Origin: Bacteroidota bacterium
Lineage (GTDB): Bacteria; Bacteroidota; Bacteroidia; Bacteroidales; CAIWKO01
Length of the DNA: 64,000 bases
Direction of reading: 5' to 3'
Assembly: GCA_037133915.1 (NCBI GenBank)
Contig: JBAXND010000006.1
Coordinates: 31,832 to 95,831 of the forward strand
In this document: piece after piece, positions 8,704 to 20,181 of the stretch
Layout of the letters: each line of letters begins with the position of its first letter
Numbering within the stretch: position 1 is the stretch's first letter
Notes under the pieces: generated by a model
The model's input: the letters and a program-made list of their open reading frames with translations, nothing else
What the model was told of the DNA's origin: nothing
The model's database searches: none
Position numbers and translations under genes: made by a program

Positions 8704-9630
8704 ATGCCTGATAATACCACTCCATATAACCCAAATATCCTCCCAGCCGAAGGTCGGTCAACCTTCAAATTGTTTGTGCTCTCGCAGGACGAAGTGCCAC
8801 AGTCATTTGCATATACGGGAACAGGTTTCGCAGGGAATATTAAAGACAAGGCGCCTTCAGCTCTTGTAATTCAGACAAAATATGCGCCCGCTATGGTGCA
8901 CACTTCTGTTTTTGCTAAGCATCCGCTCAAACCCAAAGCGCTGGGACCTCAGACCATTGCCGTTAGAAATTACGACTGGATTCTCGGATTATTTATTATT
9001 TGTTTTGCATTAATCGCAATGGTTCGCGGCCTGTATTTCAGACGTTTCAGCCAGGTATTCAAGGCTTTTTATAACCCGCGGTTCACAAACCAGCTCATGC
9101 GCGAAGGAACCCTGTTCAACGAAAGGCTTACACCGCCGCTGCTTATTGCCTATCTTGTTACACTTAGTCTTCTTGCTTACAGGGGCGCACAAAATATTAC
9201 CGGGTGGCAGTTTCCTCCTTCGGCATCGTATCTGATATTATTTAAAATATTTGTTCTGATTTGCGTGTTTTTTCTGTTCAGGATAATTATTATCCGCCTG
9301 GGCTCCTTTATTTTTAAAACACACAAAGAAACGTCCGAGTACCTTGTAAATACGCTTGTGGTGAGCGAAGTGTCTGTAATGTTTATTCTTCCTCTTACGG
9401 CCTGTGCTTTCTATTTTGCACATTATGCCGCAGATGCGGCATTGTACTTTTGCTTTGGTCTGGTTGGCCTTATGTTGCTTTACAGAATAATTCGCGGATT
9501 TATATCAGGATTATCTTTTTCGGGCTACTCATTGTATTATTTAATTTTGTATCTTTGCACCGTTGAAATTCTACCTTTTTTCGTTGTTGGAAAGTTTGCT
9601 TTGAATTATCTCAAAAGCCCTGTTTTATAG
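8704..9630 (+). CDS. Multi-pass membrane protein (DUF4271-like)
   Basis: About six hydrophobic helices. Its position immediately upstream of a hemD-like gene is the usual Bacteroidota arrangement. Confidence 0.6.
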   Translation: MPDNTTPYNPNILPAEGRSTFKLFVLSQDEVPQSFAYTGTGFAGNIKDKAPSALVIQTKYAPAMVHTSVFAKHPLKPKALGPQTIAVRNYDWILGLFIICFALIAMVRGLYFRRFSQVFKAFYNPRFTNQLMREGTLFNERLTPPLLIAYLVTLSLLAYRGAQNITGWQFPPSASYLILFKIFVLICVFFLFRIIIIRLGSFIFKTHKETSEYLVNTLVVSEVSVMFILPLTACAFYFAHYAADAALYFCFGLVGLMLLYRIIRGFISGLSFSGYSLYYLILYLCTVEILPFFVVGKFALNYLKSPVL

Positions 9631-9714
9631 GTAGATTAGACTGTCAGACACGTTCACATATACAAGCGTCTTACTCCGATTTTTTTTTAACGTATACTCT
9701 AAAACGTTTCGAAA

Positions 9715-10467
9715 TTGAAAATCAAGAATATCCTAATTTCACAACCGCAGCCGGTGGATTATGAAAAATCCCCGTATTACGACCTCGTCAAAAAGCACAA
9801 CCTGAACATCACTTTTCGTAAGTTCATTAAAATAGAGGGGTTGACCGGTCAAGAGTTCAGGCGCTATAAAATCAATATCCCCGATCATTCGGCAATCATA
9901 TTTACCTGCAAAAATGCCGTTGATCATTTCTTTCGTCTTTGCGGCGAAATGAGACTGCGTGTTGCCGATACTACTAAATACTTCTGCGTAAGTGAATCAA
10001 CTGCATATTATCTTCAAAAATATGTTCAATTCCGGAAACGGAAAATTTTTCATGGAAATGAAAACCCTGCCGAACTGCTTACTCTTATTAAAAAACATGC
10101 TACTGAGAAATTCCTGCTTCCTTGCACCGAAGATCATAAACACGAAATCATCAACCTGCTTGAAGCAAATAAAATAAACTATAAAAAAGCGATAATATAC
10201 AAGACTTTACCCAGCGATTTGGCCGATATCAAAATAGAGGATTACCAAATGCTGGTTTTCTTCAGTCCGTTCGGAATCAATTCTCTGTATACCAACTTTC
10301 CAAAGTTCGAACAGAACGGTGTATTGATTGCTGCTTTTGGACCCACTACGGCAAAAGCAATTAAAGATGCCGGCCTTAAACTTACTATTGGTGCACCTTC
10401 GGAAATAGCGCCATCTATGATTATGGCCATTGACCAGTATCTGGAAAAGAATAATAAAAAGCGCTGA
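9715..10467 (+). CDS. hemD: Uroporphyrinogen-III synthase family protein (TTG start)
   Basis: MKIKNILISQPQP...SPYYDL...FRKFIKIE and a two-lobed HEM4-like layout; recognised from similarity to Bacteroidota HemD-like proteins. Confidence 0.65.
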   Translation: MKIKNILISQPQPVDYEKSPYYDLVKKHNLNITFRKFIKIEGLTGQEFRRYKINIPDHSAIIFTCKNAVDHFFRLCGEMRLRVADTTKYFCVSESTAYYLQKYVQFRKRKIFHGNENPAELLTLIKKHATEKFLLPCTEDHKHEIINLLEANKINYKKAIIYKTLPSDLADIKIEDYQMLVFFSPFGINSLYTNFPKFEQNGVLIAAFGPTTAKAIKDAGLKLTIGAPSEIAPSMIMAIDQYLEKNNKKR

Positions 10468-10511
10468 CAGTATCCGGCACAACACCTTCGGTTTTCTTAA
10501 CAGACCAGCAG

Positions 10512-10901
10512 ATGCAGACCTTCCGCAAAGATGAACGTTTATGCAACCGCAGGATTATTACCTCCCTGATGACTCAAGGTGAATCGTTTTTTATTCATCC
10601 TTTTGTAGTGAAATGGATGGAATGCCCGCTGCAGTCTGAATTCCCTGCGCAAGTTGTTTTTTCAGTGCCGCGTAAAAATATTTCCTCTGCGGTTAACCGC
10701 AACCGCGTGCGCCGCCGTGTACGCGAGGCTTATCGCAAAAATAAAGATGCCTTTTACGAGGTTCTTCGTTCACACAAAAGGGAATGTGCCTTCGCACTTA
10801 TCTACACTTCCAAAGATTTTATTACATATGCAGAGGCAGAGCGCAAAATAATATTAATTTTACAACGTTTACAGATGGAATATGAAAAAGTTACTGGGTA
10901 A
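10512..10901 (+). CDS. rnpA: Ribonuclease P protein component
   Basis: The basic RNR-type motif [14 protein letters not shown], a 129-aa length, and yidD immediately downstream. Confidence 0.85.
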   Translation: MQTFRKDERLCNRRIITSLMTQGESFFIHPFVVKWMECPLQSEFPAQVVFSVPRKNISSAVNRNRVRRRVREAYRKNKDAFYEVLRSHKRECAFALIYTSKDFITYAEAERKIILILQRLQMEYEKVTG

Positions 10902-11103
10902 GCTCTTTATCCTCCTGATACGTTTTTACCAGCTCACAATATCACCCCTTCTTCCACCATCGTGCAGGTATGTTCCTACTTGTTCGGCTTACGGGGTAGA
11001 GGCAATAAGCAAGTACGGACCTTTCAGAGGAGGATGGCTAACACTTAAACGGCTGCTTTCATGCCATCCGTGGGGCGGCAGCGGCTTTGATCCCGTACCC
11101 TGA
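10882..11103 (+). CDS. yidD: Membrane protein insertion efficiency factor YidD
   Basis: [27 protein letters not shown]...[13 protein letters not shown]. Confidence 0.9.
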   Translation: MKKLLGKLFILLIRFYQLTISPLLPPSCRYVPTCSAYGVEAISKYGPFRGGWLTLKRLLSCHPWGGSGFDPVP

Positions 11104-11128
11104 TTTTATTAACTACTATACTATTTTT

Positions 11129-12832
11129 ATGAAAAAATTACAGCATTTATTTCTCCGTATCAGGTCACTAATACTGGTCGTTATTCTCACTGCCAGTTTC
11201 ACCGGAGCCTACTCTCAGGGCGGCGAAAGCGACTTTGAAATTTCGAAAAACCTCGACATTTTTGTAACGTTATACAAACAACTTCAGGTTAATTATGTCG
11301 ATGATTTAAATTCGGGACAACTGATGAAAACGGCTATTGACGCCATGCTCGAATCTGTTGACCCTTATACGGTGTATATCCCCGAATCGGAGATTGAAGA
11401 TTACCGGTTTATGACGACCGGACAGTACGGCGGCATTGGCTCCATGATACAAAAACGGAATGCATGGGTGTATATATCGGAGCCATACCAAGGCTTTCCG
11501 GCTGATAAAGCCGGTCTTAAAGCTGGCGACAAAATCATTGAAATAAATGGGAAATCGGCAAAAGGCAAAACCGTTGAAGAAGTGAGTACTGCGCTGAAAG
11601 GACAACCCGGAACCGAAGTGAAGCTGCTTATTGAACGCGATACCACCGAAAAGCCATTTGAGAAATCAATCATCCGCGAAGAAATTACCGTTGAGAATGT
11701 CCCCTACTCAGGCATGGTCAGCGACAGCATTGGTTATATCAACCTCAGTGAATTCAAACAAAATGCCGGTTCTGATGTGAAAGACGCGTTCCTTAGGCTG
11801 AAAGAAAATCACAATTTAAAAGGTGTTATTCTGGATTTGCGCGGAAATGGCGGCGGACTGCTTGCCGAAGCCGTTAATATTGTCAATATTTTTGTTGAAC
11901 GCGGACAACTGGTTGTAAGTACAAAGGGCAAACTTAAAGACCGAAATAACAATCACAACACCATGAACGCTCCGGTTGACCTCGATATGCCGCTGGTCGT
12001 TTTGGTGAATGAAGGAAGCGCTTCAGCATCAGAAATAGTTACCGGCGCCATTCAGGATCTTGACCGCGGAGTTGTAATCGGACAGCGTACTTATGGCAAA
12101 GGTCTTGTTCAGAACATCGTTCCTTTGACCTACAACGCTCAGATGAAAGTCACCATCGCAAAGTATTATATCCCGAGTGGTCGCTGCGTACAGGAACTGG
12201 ATTATGCCCACAAAGATAATGAAGGTGAAGCCACAAAAATGGCGGATTCGCTGAAGCGGGCTTTTAAAACAAAAAACGGGCGGACTGTCTATGAAGGCGG
12301 TGGCATTGACCCCGATATATTAATGGCACCCGAAGAATACAGCAATATTGCACAGGCACTCATTACCAATTACCTTGTTTTTGATTATGCCACCACGTTT
12401 TACAGGGCACATCCTCAAATTGCAAAACCAAAAGATTTTATTATTACGGATGATATTTATACTGACTTCCAGAAGTTCTTATCAAACAAGCATTACAGCT
12501 ATACGACACAGAGTGAAAAGGCCCTTGAAAAGCTGAAGGAAAATGCAGAAAAAGAAAAATATTTTGACGCAATAAAAACAGAATTCGATGTGCTGCAGAA
12601 TAAAATGATGCATGAAAAAACGGATGATCTGCAAAAATTCAAATCACAAATCAGTATTCTTCTGAAACTGTATATTATACCCCGTTACTATTATCAGAAG
12701 GGTCGCATAGAGGCAGCACTTGTTGATGACCCGGAAGTAAAAAAAGCAATTGAAGTTCTTCAGAATCGTAGTTTGTATAAATCTATACTTGACGGAACAT
12801 ATATAAAAGAAAATCCGAAAGAGAAGAAATAA
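11129..12832 (+). CDS. S41-family C-terminal processing peptidase with PDZ domain
   Basis: Signal peptide from the ATG at 11129. PDZ region (GDKIIEINGKS), then LDLRGNGGG, GSASASEI and TYGKG motifs. Confidence 0.85.
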   Translation: MKKLQHLFLRIRSLILVVILTASFTGAYSQGGESDFEISKNLDIFVTLYKQLQVNYVDDLNSGQLMKTAIDAMLESVDPYTVYIPESEIEDYRFMTTGQYGGIGSMIQKRNAWVYISEPYQGFPADKAGLKAGDKIIEINGKSAKGKTVEEVSTALKGQPGTEVKLLIERDTTEKPFEKSIIREEITVENVPYSGMVSDSIGYINLSEFKQNAGSDVKDAFLRLKENHNLKGVILDLRGNGGGLLAEAVNIVNIFVERGQLVVSTKGKLKDRNNNHNTMNAPVDLDMPLVVLVNEGSASASEIVTGAIQDLDRGVVIGQRTYGKGLVQNIVPLTYNAQMKVTIAKYYIPSGRCVQELDYAHKDNEGEATKMADSLKRAFKTKNGRTVYEGGGIDPDILMAPEEYSNIAQALITNYLVFDYATTFYRAHPQIAKPKDFIITDDIYTDFQKFLSNKHYSYTTQSEKALEKLKENAEKEKYFDAIKTEFDVLQNKMMHEKTDDLQKFKSQISILLKLYIIPRYYYQKGRIEAALVDDPEVKKAIEVLQNRSLYKSILDGTYIKENPKEKK

Positions 12833-12852
12833 ACCTGCGAACACTATTCGCC

Positions 12853-14499
12853 ATGCCCATTCTTAAAAAAGAGTATCACCGGCTGATTTATTTGTTCGGA
12901 TTGTTGTTGTTTGCCGCATCACTTCCGCTTTCCAAGTATTTCATGAGCGTTTCGCAAATGGTACTCATCGGAAACTGGATTTGTGAAGCCGATTACAAAA
13001 ATAAACTCAGACGCTTCACTGCCAATAAAGCTGCTCTGGTAGCATGCCTCATCATGGTATTGCATCTGGTCGGACTGCTTTGGACCCACGACTTTGATTA
13101 TGCATTCAAAGATATTCGTATCAAAGTGCCACTGCTTATCATGCCGTTTATAGTTGCGTCTGCTGAAGAACTCTCTATAAAAAATATCTATACCATTCTG
13201 CTTGTCCATGCAGGAGCTGTGTTTGCCGGAACCTTAATAAGTGTCTGGCTGCTGCTATTCACGGTTGTGAATGATATTCGCAATGTTTCAGTACTTATTT
13301 CCCATATACGCTTTGGGATGAATGTATGTTTTGCCGTGTTCGCATTAACATGGATGATATCCCGCTCCGCGCCCATCAAATCATTGGTTGCCCGGATTGG
13401 CGCGGGCTTGATGGTCGTCTGGTTTATAATATACCTTTTTATCACAGGCTCCGTAACCGGTATTGGAATCATGATTGTTACTGGACTCGTTTTGGTTCTC
13501 CGCTTTATTTTTACAAAGGCGCAGCTATCGGTGAAAGTACTTGTGGCAGGCGCCGCCCTTGCGGGCAGTCTTGGAATGTACTTTTATATAAGCAGCATCG
13601 TAAATGAATATAAAAATGTTGAACCAATAAAGCTTTCTGAACTTGAATTTAAAACTCCTTACGGTAACACATATCAATTTAATTTCGACAACAAACAAAT
13701 CGAGAACGGGCATTATACCTGGGTGTATATCTGTTGGGATGAGCTTGCAGAGGCATGGAACAAACGCAGTAGTATAAATTTCGACAGTAACGACCGCAAG
13801 GGTCAACCGGTGCGCTATACTATAGTGCGCTACATCACATCCAAAGGGCTGCGCAAAGATAAAGACGGTGTAAACAGCCTTAGTGGAGATGATATTAAAG
13901 CCATTGAAGATGGTGTTGCCAATATACGCTATGGCGAAAATGGAAATTTCCGCGATCGTGTTATCAATCTTTTGTGGGAATACGACAATTATCAATTATA
14001 CGCCAATCCCAGTGGTCAAACCATGATGCAACGGGTTGAACTCTGGAAAACATCATTACGTATCATCGCAGCACATCCCTGGCTCGGTGTTGGTACCGGC
14101 GATGGAAAAAATAAATTCCGAGAAGAGCTCGAGCAAATAAATTCGCCCTTAAAAGACCTTGGACTGCGCTCACACAATCAATATCTGGCCATACTCATTT
14201 CATTCGGACTCATCGGTTTTATAATATTTCTGTTTGCCTTACTCTACCCTGCTGTTCATCAAAAAAGGTTTTTCACGTACCTCTATTTTATTTTTATCTG
14301 CATTATGCTTATCTCAATGTTTACAGAAGACACTCTCGAGTCGCAACCGGGCGTGTCATTTTTTGCATTTTGGAATGCCGTGTTGATATTGGGATGGCGC
14401 AAAGAAAACAATGAAAAAAAACAAATACCGAACAATGAAAAAGAAAAAACAATCGCCGGACTTCTTTTCAAGCGCCGACACAAAAAAACGCCGTCGTAA
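12853..14499 (+). CDS. O-antigen ligase / polymerase family membrane protein
   Basis: About ten transmembrane helices with a large loop, and a Wzy_C-like RSHNQYLAILISFGLIG region. Confidence 0.7.
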   Translation: MPILKKEYHRLIYLFGLLLFAASLPLSKYFMSVSQMVLIGNWICEADYKNKLRRFTANKAALVACLIMVLHLVGLLWTHDFDYAFKDIRIKVPLLIMPFIVASAEELSIKNIYTILLVHAGAVFAGTLISVWLLLFTVVNDIRNVSVLISHIRFGMNVCFAVFALTWMISRSAPIKSLVARIGAGLMVVWFIIYLFITGSVTGIGIMIVTGLVLVLRFIFTKAQLSVKVLVAGAALAGSLGMYFYISSIVNEYKNVEPIKLSELEFKTPYGNTYQFNFDNKQIENGHYTWVYICWDELAEAWNKRSSINFDSNDRKGQPVRYTIVRYITSKGLRKDKDGVNSLSGDDIKAIEDGVANIRYGENGNFRDRVINLLWEYDNYQLYANPSGQTMMQRVELWKTSLRIIAAHPWLGVGTGDGKNKFREELEQINSPLKDLGLRSHNQYLAILISFGLIGFIIFLFALLYPAVHQKRFFTYLYFIFICIMLISMFTEDTLESQPGVSFFAFWNAVLILGWRKENNEKKQIPNNEKEKTIAGLLFKRRHKKTPS

Positions 14500-15013
14500 A
14501 ACCCGGCAAACCATTGTCCCCAATTATAATACAACAACTTTTGAATCCCGGAAAATTGTATGGCGAAAGCATCCGCTATGGCACGAACATTATGCACAAT
14601 TATCTGATTTTAAGAAACGTTTTGGACATTGCATGGTGCCCAACAACTGGGACGAAAACCCATTGCTCGCCAATTGGGTTCACTACCAGAGGCACCGGGC
14701 ATCGACACTGAGTATTGAAAAATATCAACTGCTTGATAAATTAGGATTTGAGTGGGACAATCAGGAATATCGATGGATGAGCTTCTATTACAAACTGCGC
14801 GAATACCGCAAGACATTCGGAAGCTGCATTGTCTCTGAAACATCTCCTGAATATAAATCTCTGGCAAACTGGATTACACGACAGCGTACCCAAAAGCGTT
14901 GGTTTAGTCCCGGTCTTACAGCCGAACATATACGTCTTCTCGACGGGCTTTCATTCGACTGGACATACCGCAAGAACAGAAAAAAGCCCCCGGAACAATT
15001 GACCGGAGGCTAA
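14411..15013 (+). CDS. Helicase-associated (HA) domain protein with basic N-terminus
   Basis: Two HA-type repeats: WHEHYAQLSDFKKRFGHCMVP...LANWVHYQR...LDKLGFEWD and WMSFYYKLREYRKTFGSCIV...LANWITRQR...LDGLSFDW. The start is uncertain (ATG at 14411 or 14435) and overlaps the upstream gene. Confidence 0.6.
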   Translation: MKKNKYRTMKKKKQSPDFFSSADTKKRRRKTRQTIVPNYNTTTFESRKIVWRKHPLWHEHYAQLSDFKKRFGHCMVPNNWDENPLLANWVHYQRHRASTLSIEKYQLLDKLGFEWDNQEYRWMSFYYKLREYRKTFGSCIVSETSPEYKSLANWITRQRTQKRWFSPGLTAEHIRLLDGLSFDWTYRKNRKKPPEQLTGG

Positions 15014-15037
15014 TACTTATTTTGATTTTACGAAAGG

Positions 15038-16054
<1,017 letters not shown>

Positions 16055-16073
16055 TTATTTCTGATTAATGGCG

Positions 16074-16081
16074 CAAAATTA
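16074..16081 (-). promoter_or_regulatory. -7 box TAATTTTG for gap
   Basis: The reverse complement of caaaatta, 29 nt upstream of the ATG at 16045. Confidence 0.4.
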
Positions 16082-16119
16082 AGTAAAATTTCAACGTTGA
16101 ACCAATATCAATTGTACCG

Positions 16120-16154
16120 AAAAAAATAAGGACCCGTTTTGTGAGAGTCCTTAT
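16120..16154 (-). terminator. Intrinsic terminator after the 874-aa T9SS gene
   Basis: On the minus strand, an 8-bp stem (ataaggac/gtccttat) is followed by T7. Confidence 0.65.
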
Positions 16155-16175
16155 TTCTGTATTTCTCGAAACCAA

Positions 16176-18800
16176 TTATCGTATGAGTGTAAATGCTTTC
16201 TGTGCCTCTTTTTTTCGTTGCAGAAAATCTCTGTAGTAAACTTTTACGATATATGTCCCCGGAAGGGCATACTGACCGTCAAATTTTCCGTCCCAGCCTT
16301 TCGTGATATCATCTGACTTATACAGCATTTGACCCCAGCGATTGTAAATAGTCATTTCAAAATCCTTATCATAAATTCCGAAGCCGGTAACAAAATAGAA
16401 ATCATTTTTGCCATCCTTGTTTGGAGTGAATGCCGATGGGATATAAAGAGCCCATTCAGGATGGACGATTACATTAAATTGTGTTGTATCCGTGCAACCA
16501 TGCACTGTTGTTACAATCAGCATAACCGGGTAGGTTGCAGTATCTTCATTCGGATAAATATGCTGTGGATTTTGAACTGTGTCATAGTAACTATCACCAA
16601 ATGTCCAGTACCAGTGAATGGGGTTGCCAACAGACTGATCAAAAAAGTTGACCGTTGGGTCGAATATACTTACGTCATTTGACGGGCTCACGATATAGCG
16701 GGCAATAGGATTCGGATAGACCTCAATGTATTGAGATGCCGTCATGCTTCCCACATACCCTCCCGGATTGGTAATCGTGAGGGTTATGTCGTATTTTCCG
16801 CGGTCAGCAAAATAAGCTACCGGATTTTGTGCCGTTGAAGTGGTTCCATTGCCAAAATCCCAGAAATAATCAGCACCCGGTGCAACTTTTGTAGACTGGT
16901 CATAGAACTGCACCAACAATGGCTCACAGCCCGATTGAATATTTGATGTGAAATCGGGCATCGGAAAAATAGGGATAACAATCAACGTAACAGTATCATT
17001 GCCCTGGCATCCGTTAGGATCGGTTCCGGTGACAAGGTATATGGTTGTAACGGGTGGAGAAACCACCGGATTCGCCATGTTGGACTGGCCCGATAGCGTT
17101 GGGTCGGGCGGCAGCGATACCCAGGAAAAAGATGCTGCACCTGTTGCCGAGAGGTAAGCCTGATCACCCATATATATAGATAAAGGATTTACAGACGCGC
17201 TCACAGTCGGACTCGGATTCACAGTTACTACCACAGAATCATAGGCATTACAGGTTCCATAAACCGTAACATAATACGTTGTAGTTACTGTTGGCGAAAC
17301 ACTTATGATGCCTGTAGTGGCACCGGTACTCCATAAATATCCCGTTCCACCTGTAGCCGCCAGTGTCATTTGCTCTCCAAGACACATGGAAGTGTCGTTC
17401 CCCGCATTTGCGCTACCGCTGCCTATATATACAATTACGTTGTCTGTGGCAAGTGTGTTGCAAATATCAGTTACCGAAATGGTATATGTGGTTGTGTTGC
17501 CCGGTGAAACAGTTACGCAGTTTGTAGTGCCTGCGCCACTGCTCCAGTTATAGGAATAGGGCTGTATTCCTCCGGCGGGCGTGGTGCAGATAGTTGCCGA
17601 ACCACCACATAAGGTGGTATCGTTGCTTGTTGTAAGTGAAATTGGAATATTATCAATAATATTTACACTTACAGTATCATAACCGCCGCAAATGCTCGTC
17701 TGAAATATAAGCATCACTGTTTCTGTTCCTTCTGTAAGACCATCCACTATCGGATGAATGGTAACAGTAACGGAGTCCTGGCCTGCCGGAATAGTAACAC
17801 CTGCCGGAATAGTAGTGTAGTCAACACCATTGGTGGCTGTTCCGTGAATCGAATAATTGATTGGGAAAGGATTTGGCGTTACCGCAGGCAGTTTAAAACT
17901 GATGATGGCGTCGTTACATCCCTCAACCGCATCGGTTCCCGCCTGAGGCGTAGTATAGTAGGTGCTGATGGTAACCGCATTACTTGAAAAACTGTTTCCT
18001 TCCAGAAAAACACCGGAATCGTAAATTCCGTCGCCGACATCGGCAATAGCCAGTTTGATATGATATTGCACACAGGGAACAACCAATGCCCATGCCGTAA
18101 GTATTTTAGTGGTTCCGTCATAAACAATGGTTCCACTGCTTGCGTTGTCTATGTAATAAGCGCAGTTTACACAAGGACCGGTATTACTTAATCCGTTGTT
18201 AACATTGTTGATAGAAACCGGTGTGGTTGTACCCGGCAGAAGTGCAATATTTTTATTTGTATAAGCTCCTCCCAGTGGATTTGGCCCGGTGAGAAAGAAA
18301 CCAAATACGTCATTAAATGAACTGTTGGAAAACTCCGGATATTCTTCAGAACCGAATTTATAACGGAACTTAATTGTATCGGCCAGGGGTATGAAATTAA
18401 ATGCGAGAACAGAAGCGTCGTGTGAGCTGTTACCGCTTCCAATAAGCGTTTCGAGATCGACGTCACCCGGCATGGCAAGGTCGGTAGATGCAAAAGCCGA
18501 GGCTGCCTGATCAATATCGGTTACATTTCCAGTTGCTAAAATAAGACCATCGGAAAAGCCAAGTGTTGTTGTATTTCCATTGGTAAAGGAGCCGCGTCCG
18601 TTGATGGAGCCGGTATACGTAACACCTGAAACCGTTACACCCGTTCCAACCAGAACATTCTGCACGAGTTGTGTCGGCGTCATGGCTGTACTGATATTTA
18701 ACTGCGCCAATGACGGGTAACTAAGCAGTATCGCCAGCCCCAAAAAAGTCAGCCGCAGGGAACGGAATGGTTTAAAAAATAGTGAGTGGATTATTCGCAT
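16176..18800 (-). CDS. Large secreted surface protein: choice-of-anchor-L-like N-domain, Ig/PKD-like repeats, T9SS type B (gliding-motility-associated) C-terminal domain
   Basis: Signal peptide. The C-terminus is IPSAFTPNKDGKNDFYFV...IYNRWGQMLY...GWDGKFDG...PGTYIVKVYY. It also has PKD-like FWDFGNGTT and WTFGD motifs. Confidence 0.8.
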   Translation of the reverse strand: MRIIHSLFFKPFRSLRLTFLGLAILLSYPSLAQLNISTAMTPTQLVQNVLVGTGVTVSGVTYTGSINGRGSFTNGNTTTLGFSDGLILATGNVTDIDQAASAFASTDLAMPGDVDLETLIGSGNSSHDASVLAFNFIPLADTIKFRYKFGSEEYPEFSNSSFNDVFGFFLTGPNPLGGAYTNKNIALLPGTTTPVSINNVNNGLSNTGPCVNCAYYIDNASSGTIVYDGTTKILTAWALVVPCVQYHIKLAIADVGDGIYDSGVFLEGNSFSSNAVTISTYYTTPQAGTDAVEGCNDAIISFKLPAVTPNPFPINYSIHGTATNGVDYTTIPAGVTIPAGQDSVTVTIHPIVDGLTEGTETVMLIFQTSICGGYDTVSVNIIDNIPISLTTSNDTTLCGGSATICTTPAGGIQPYSYNWSSGAGTTNCVTVSPGNTTTYTISVTDICNTLATDNVIVYIGSGSANAGNDTSMCLGEQMTLAATGGTGYLWSTGATTGIISVSPTVTTTYYVTVYGTCNAYDSVVVTVNPSPTVSASVNPLSIYMGDQAYLSATGAASFSWVSLPPDPTLSGQSNMANPVVSPPVTTIYLVTGTDPNGCQGNDTVTLIVIPIFPMPDFTSNIQSGCEPLLVQFYDQSTKVAPGADYFWDFGNGTTSTAQNPVAYFADRGKYDITLTITNPGGYVGSMTASQYIEVYPNPIARYIVSPSNDVSIFDPTVNFFDQSVGNPIHWYWTFGDSYYDTVQNPQHIYPNEDTATYPVMLIVTTVHGCTDTTQFNVIVHPEWALYIPSAFTPNKDGKNDFYFVTGFGIYDKDFEMTIYNRWGQMLYKSDDITKGWDGKFDGQYALPGTYIVKVYYRDFLQRKKEAQKAFTLIR

Positions 18801-18910
18801 CAGATATATTTTCTTTATTTAACAAACGATTTCGGTAATTGCTTTCGTATATGTGTATATATCGAACTGCTAATAGACAGCAATTAACCTTTTATGGTTG
18901 TCCGATATCA

Positions 18911-18918
18911 CAAAATTA
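18911..18918 (-). promoter_or_regulatory. -7 box TAATTTTG upstream of the T9SS type B gene
   Basis: The reverse complement of caaaatta, about 110 nt upstream of the ATG at 18800. Confidence 0.3.
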
Positions 18919-19164
18919 AGAAGTATTTCCCGGAAATAAAAATATCCTCATGGAAGTGCTTACAATCAGTTACTTAATAATAAATTTTACTGATTGATAT
19001 TAAAAAACAGGATAATTGGCAACGGCAGGAACCACTGGGTTTTCAGCGCCGGTTCGCCATTTCCTATGGCATTCGCATGAATTTGTGTCAGGAAACTGAA
19101 CGCAAAAAGGCGAATTTGTCTTAAGGTCAAGACAGGCAGAATACTTTTCCTAATACCCGTTTTT

Positions 19165-20181
19165 TTAGTTATTCTCGAGCAGTTTCAACAGCTCATCGAG
19201 TTTCGGTGTGAGGATGATTTCGGTACGGCGGTTCTTGCCTCTTGCCACATCAGTATTGGCTTCGTCAACCGGACAGTACTGACTACGACCGGCGGCAATA
19301 ATCCGCTGAGGCGCAATTTTACTGTTCTTCAGAAGAATTTTCACGACCGAAGTTGCCCGCATCACGCTCAAATCCCAGTTATCGTTTATCTGCCCTGTGG
19401 AACCTTTATACGGAACGTTATCGGTATGTCCTTCAATCATGATGTTGATGTCTGCATTCTGTTCCAACACCTTGCTCAGCTTCACCAATGCCTCTACTCC
19501 TTTGGCGGCCACGTCGAAGCTGCCTGTGGCAAAAAGCAGTTTTTCATCCATAGAAATGTATACTTTTCCATTTTTCTGCTGAATCGTCAGCCCTTTATTC
19601 TCGTAGCCAAGCAAGGCTTCACTTACGCGCTGTTTCAATGCTTTTACCGCAGAGTCCTTTTTGTCGAGTATCGATTGAAGCTCGTTGAGCCGCTGCTCTT
19701 TTTCTTTTAGCTGAGCACTCAGCTCGTCAAGATTAATCTTTTTGCCGCTGAGTTCTTTTTCCATCTTACCCAAATCCTCTTCTTTTTTCTGAAGGTCATC
19801 TTTGGTTTTCTGTAACTCGGCCAATATTTTTGACGTTTCCGATTTATTGCCGCTCAGCAGTGCCTGATTTTGCTTCTCCATATCGGCATATGCAACATTC
19901 AGTTTGTTAAGCTGCTCTCTCAAATCCCTGAGCTCCGTACCTTTTGTTACGGAATCGGCAAGCAGCGTACTATTCTGTTTGGTCAGCTTTGCTATTGATT
20001 CGCGCTGCTCGGTGCTGAGAGTAGTAAGGTCAATATTTTTTGCACTGAGTGCTTTGTTTTCTGCATCGCACTGGTTACGGGCTGTTTCAAGTTCCTGATA
20101 CTTCTTCATTGAAACACAGGAGGTGAATACAGTAACTACAAATACCATAACAATTGCGGTAATCAGATTGTTGTTTTTCAT
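19165..20181 (-). CDS. OmpA/MotB-family lipoprotein with long coiled-coil region
   Basis: Lipobox VFTSC, about 170 aa of heptad-like Q/E/K/L-rich sequence, and a C-terminal OmpA_C domain (GHTDNVPY, NWDLSVMRA, NRRTEI). Confidence 0.85.
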   Translation of the reverse strand: MKNNNLITAIVMVFVVTVFTSCVSMKKYQELETARNQCDAENKALSAKNIDLTTLSTEQRESIAKLTKQNSTLLADSVTKGTELRDLREQLNKLNVAYADMEKQNQALLSGNKSETSKILAELQKTKDDLQKKEEDLGKMEKELSGKKINLDELSAQLKEKEQRLNELQSILDKKDSAVKALKQRVSEALLGYENKGLTIQQKNGKVYISMDEKLLFATGSFDVAAKGVEALVKLSKVLEQNADINIMIEGHTDNVPYKGSTGQINDNWDLSVMRATSVVKILLKNSKIAPQRIIAAGRSQYCPVDEANTDVARGKNRRTEIILTPKLDELLKLLENN

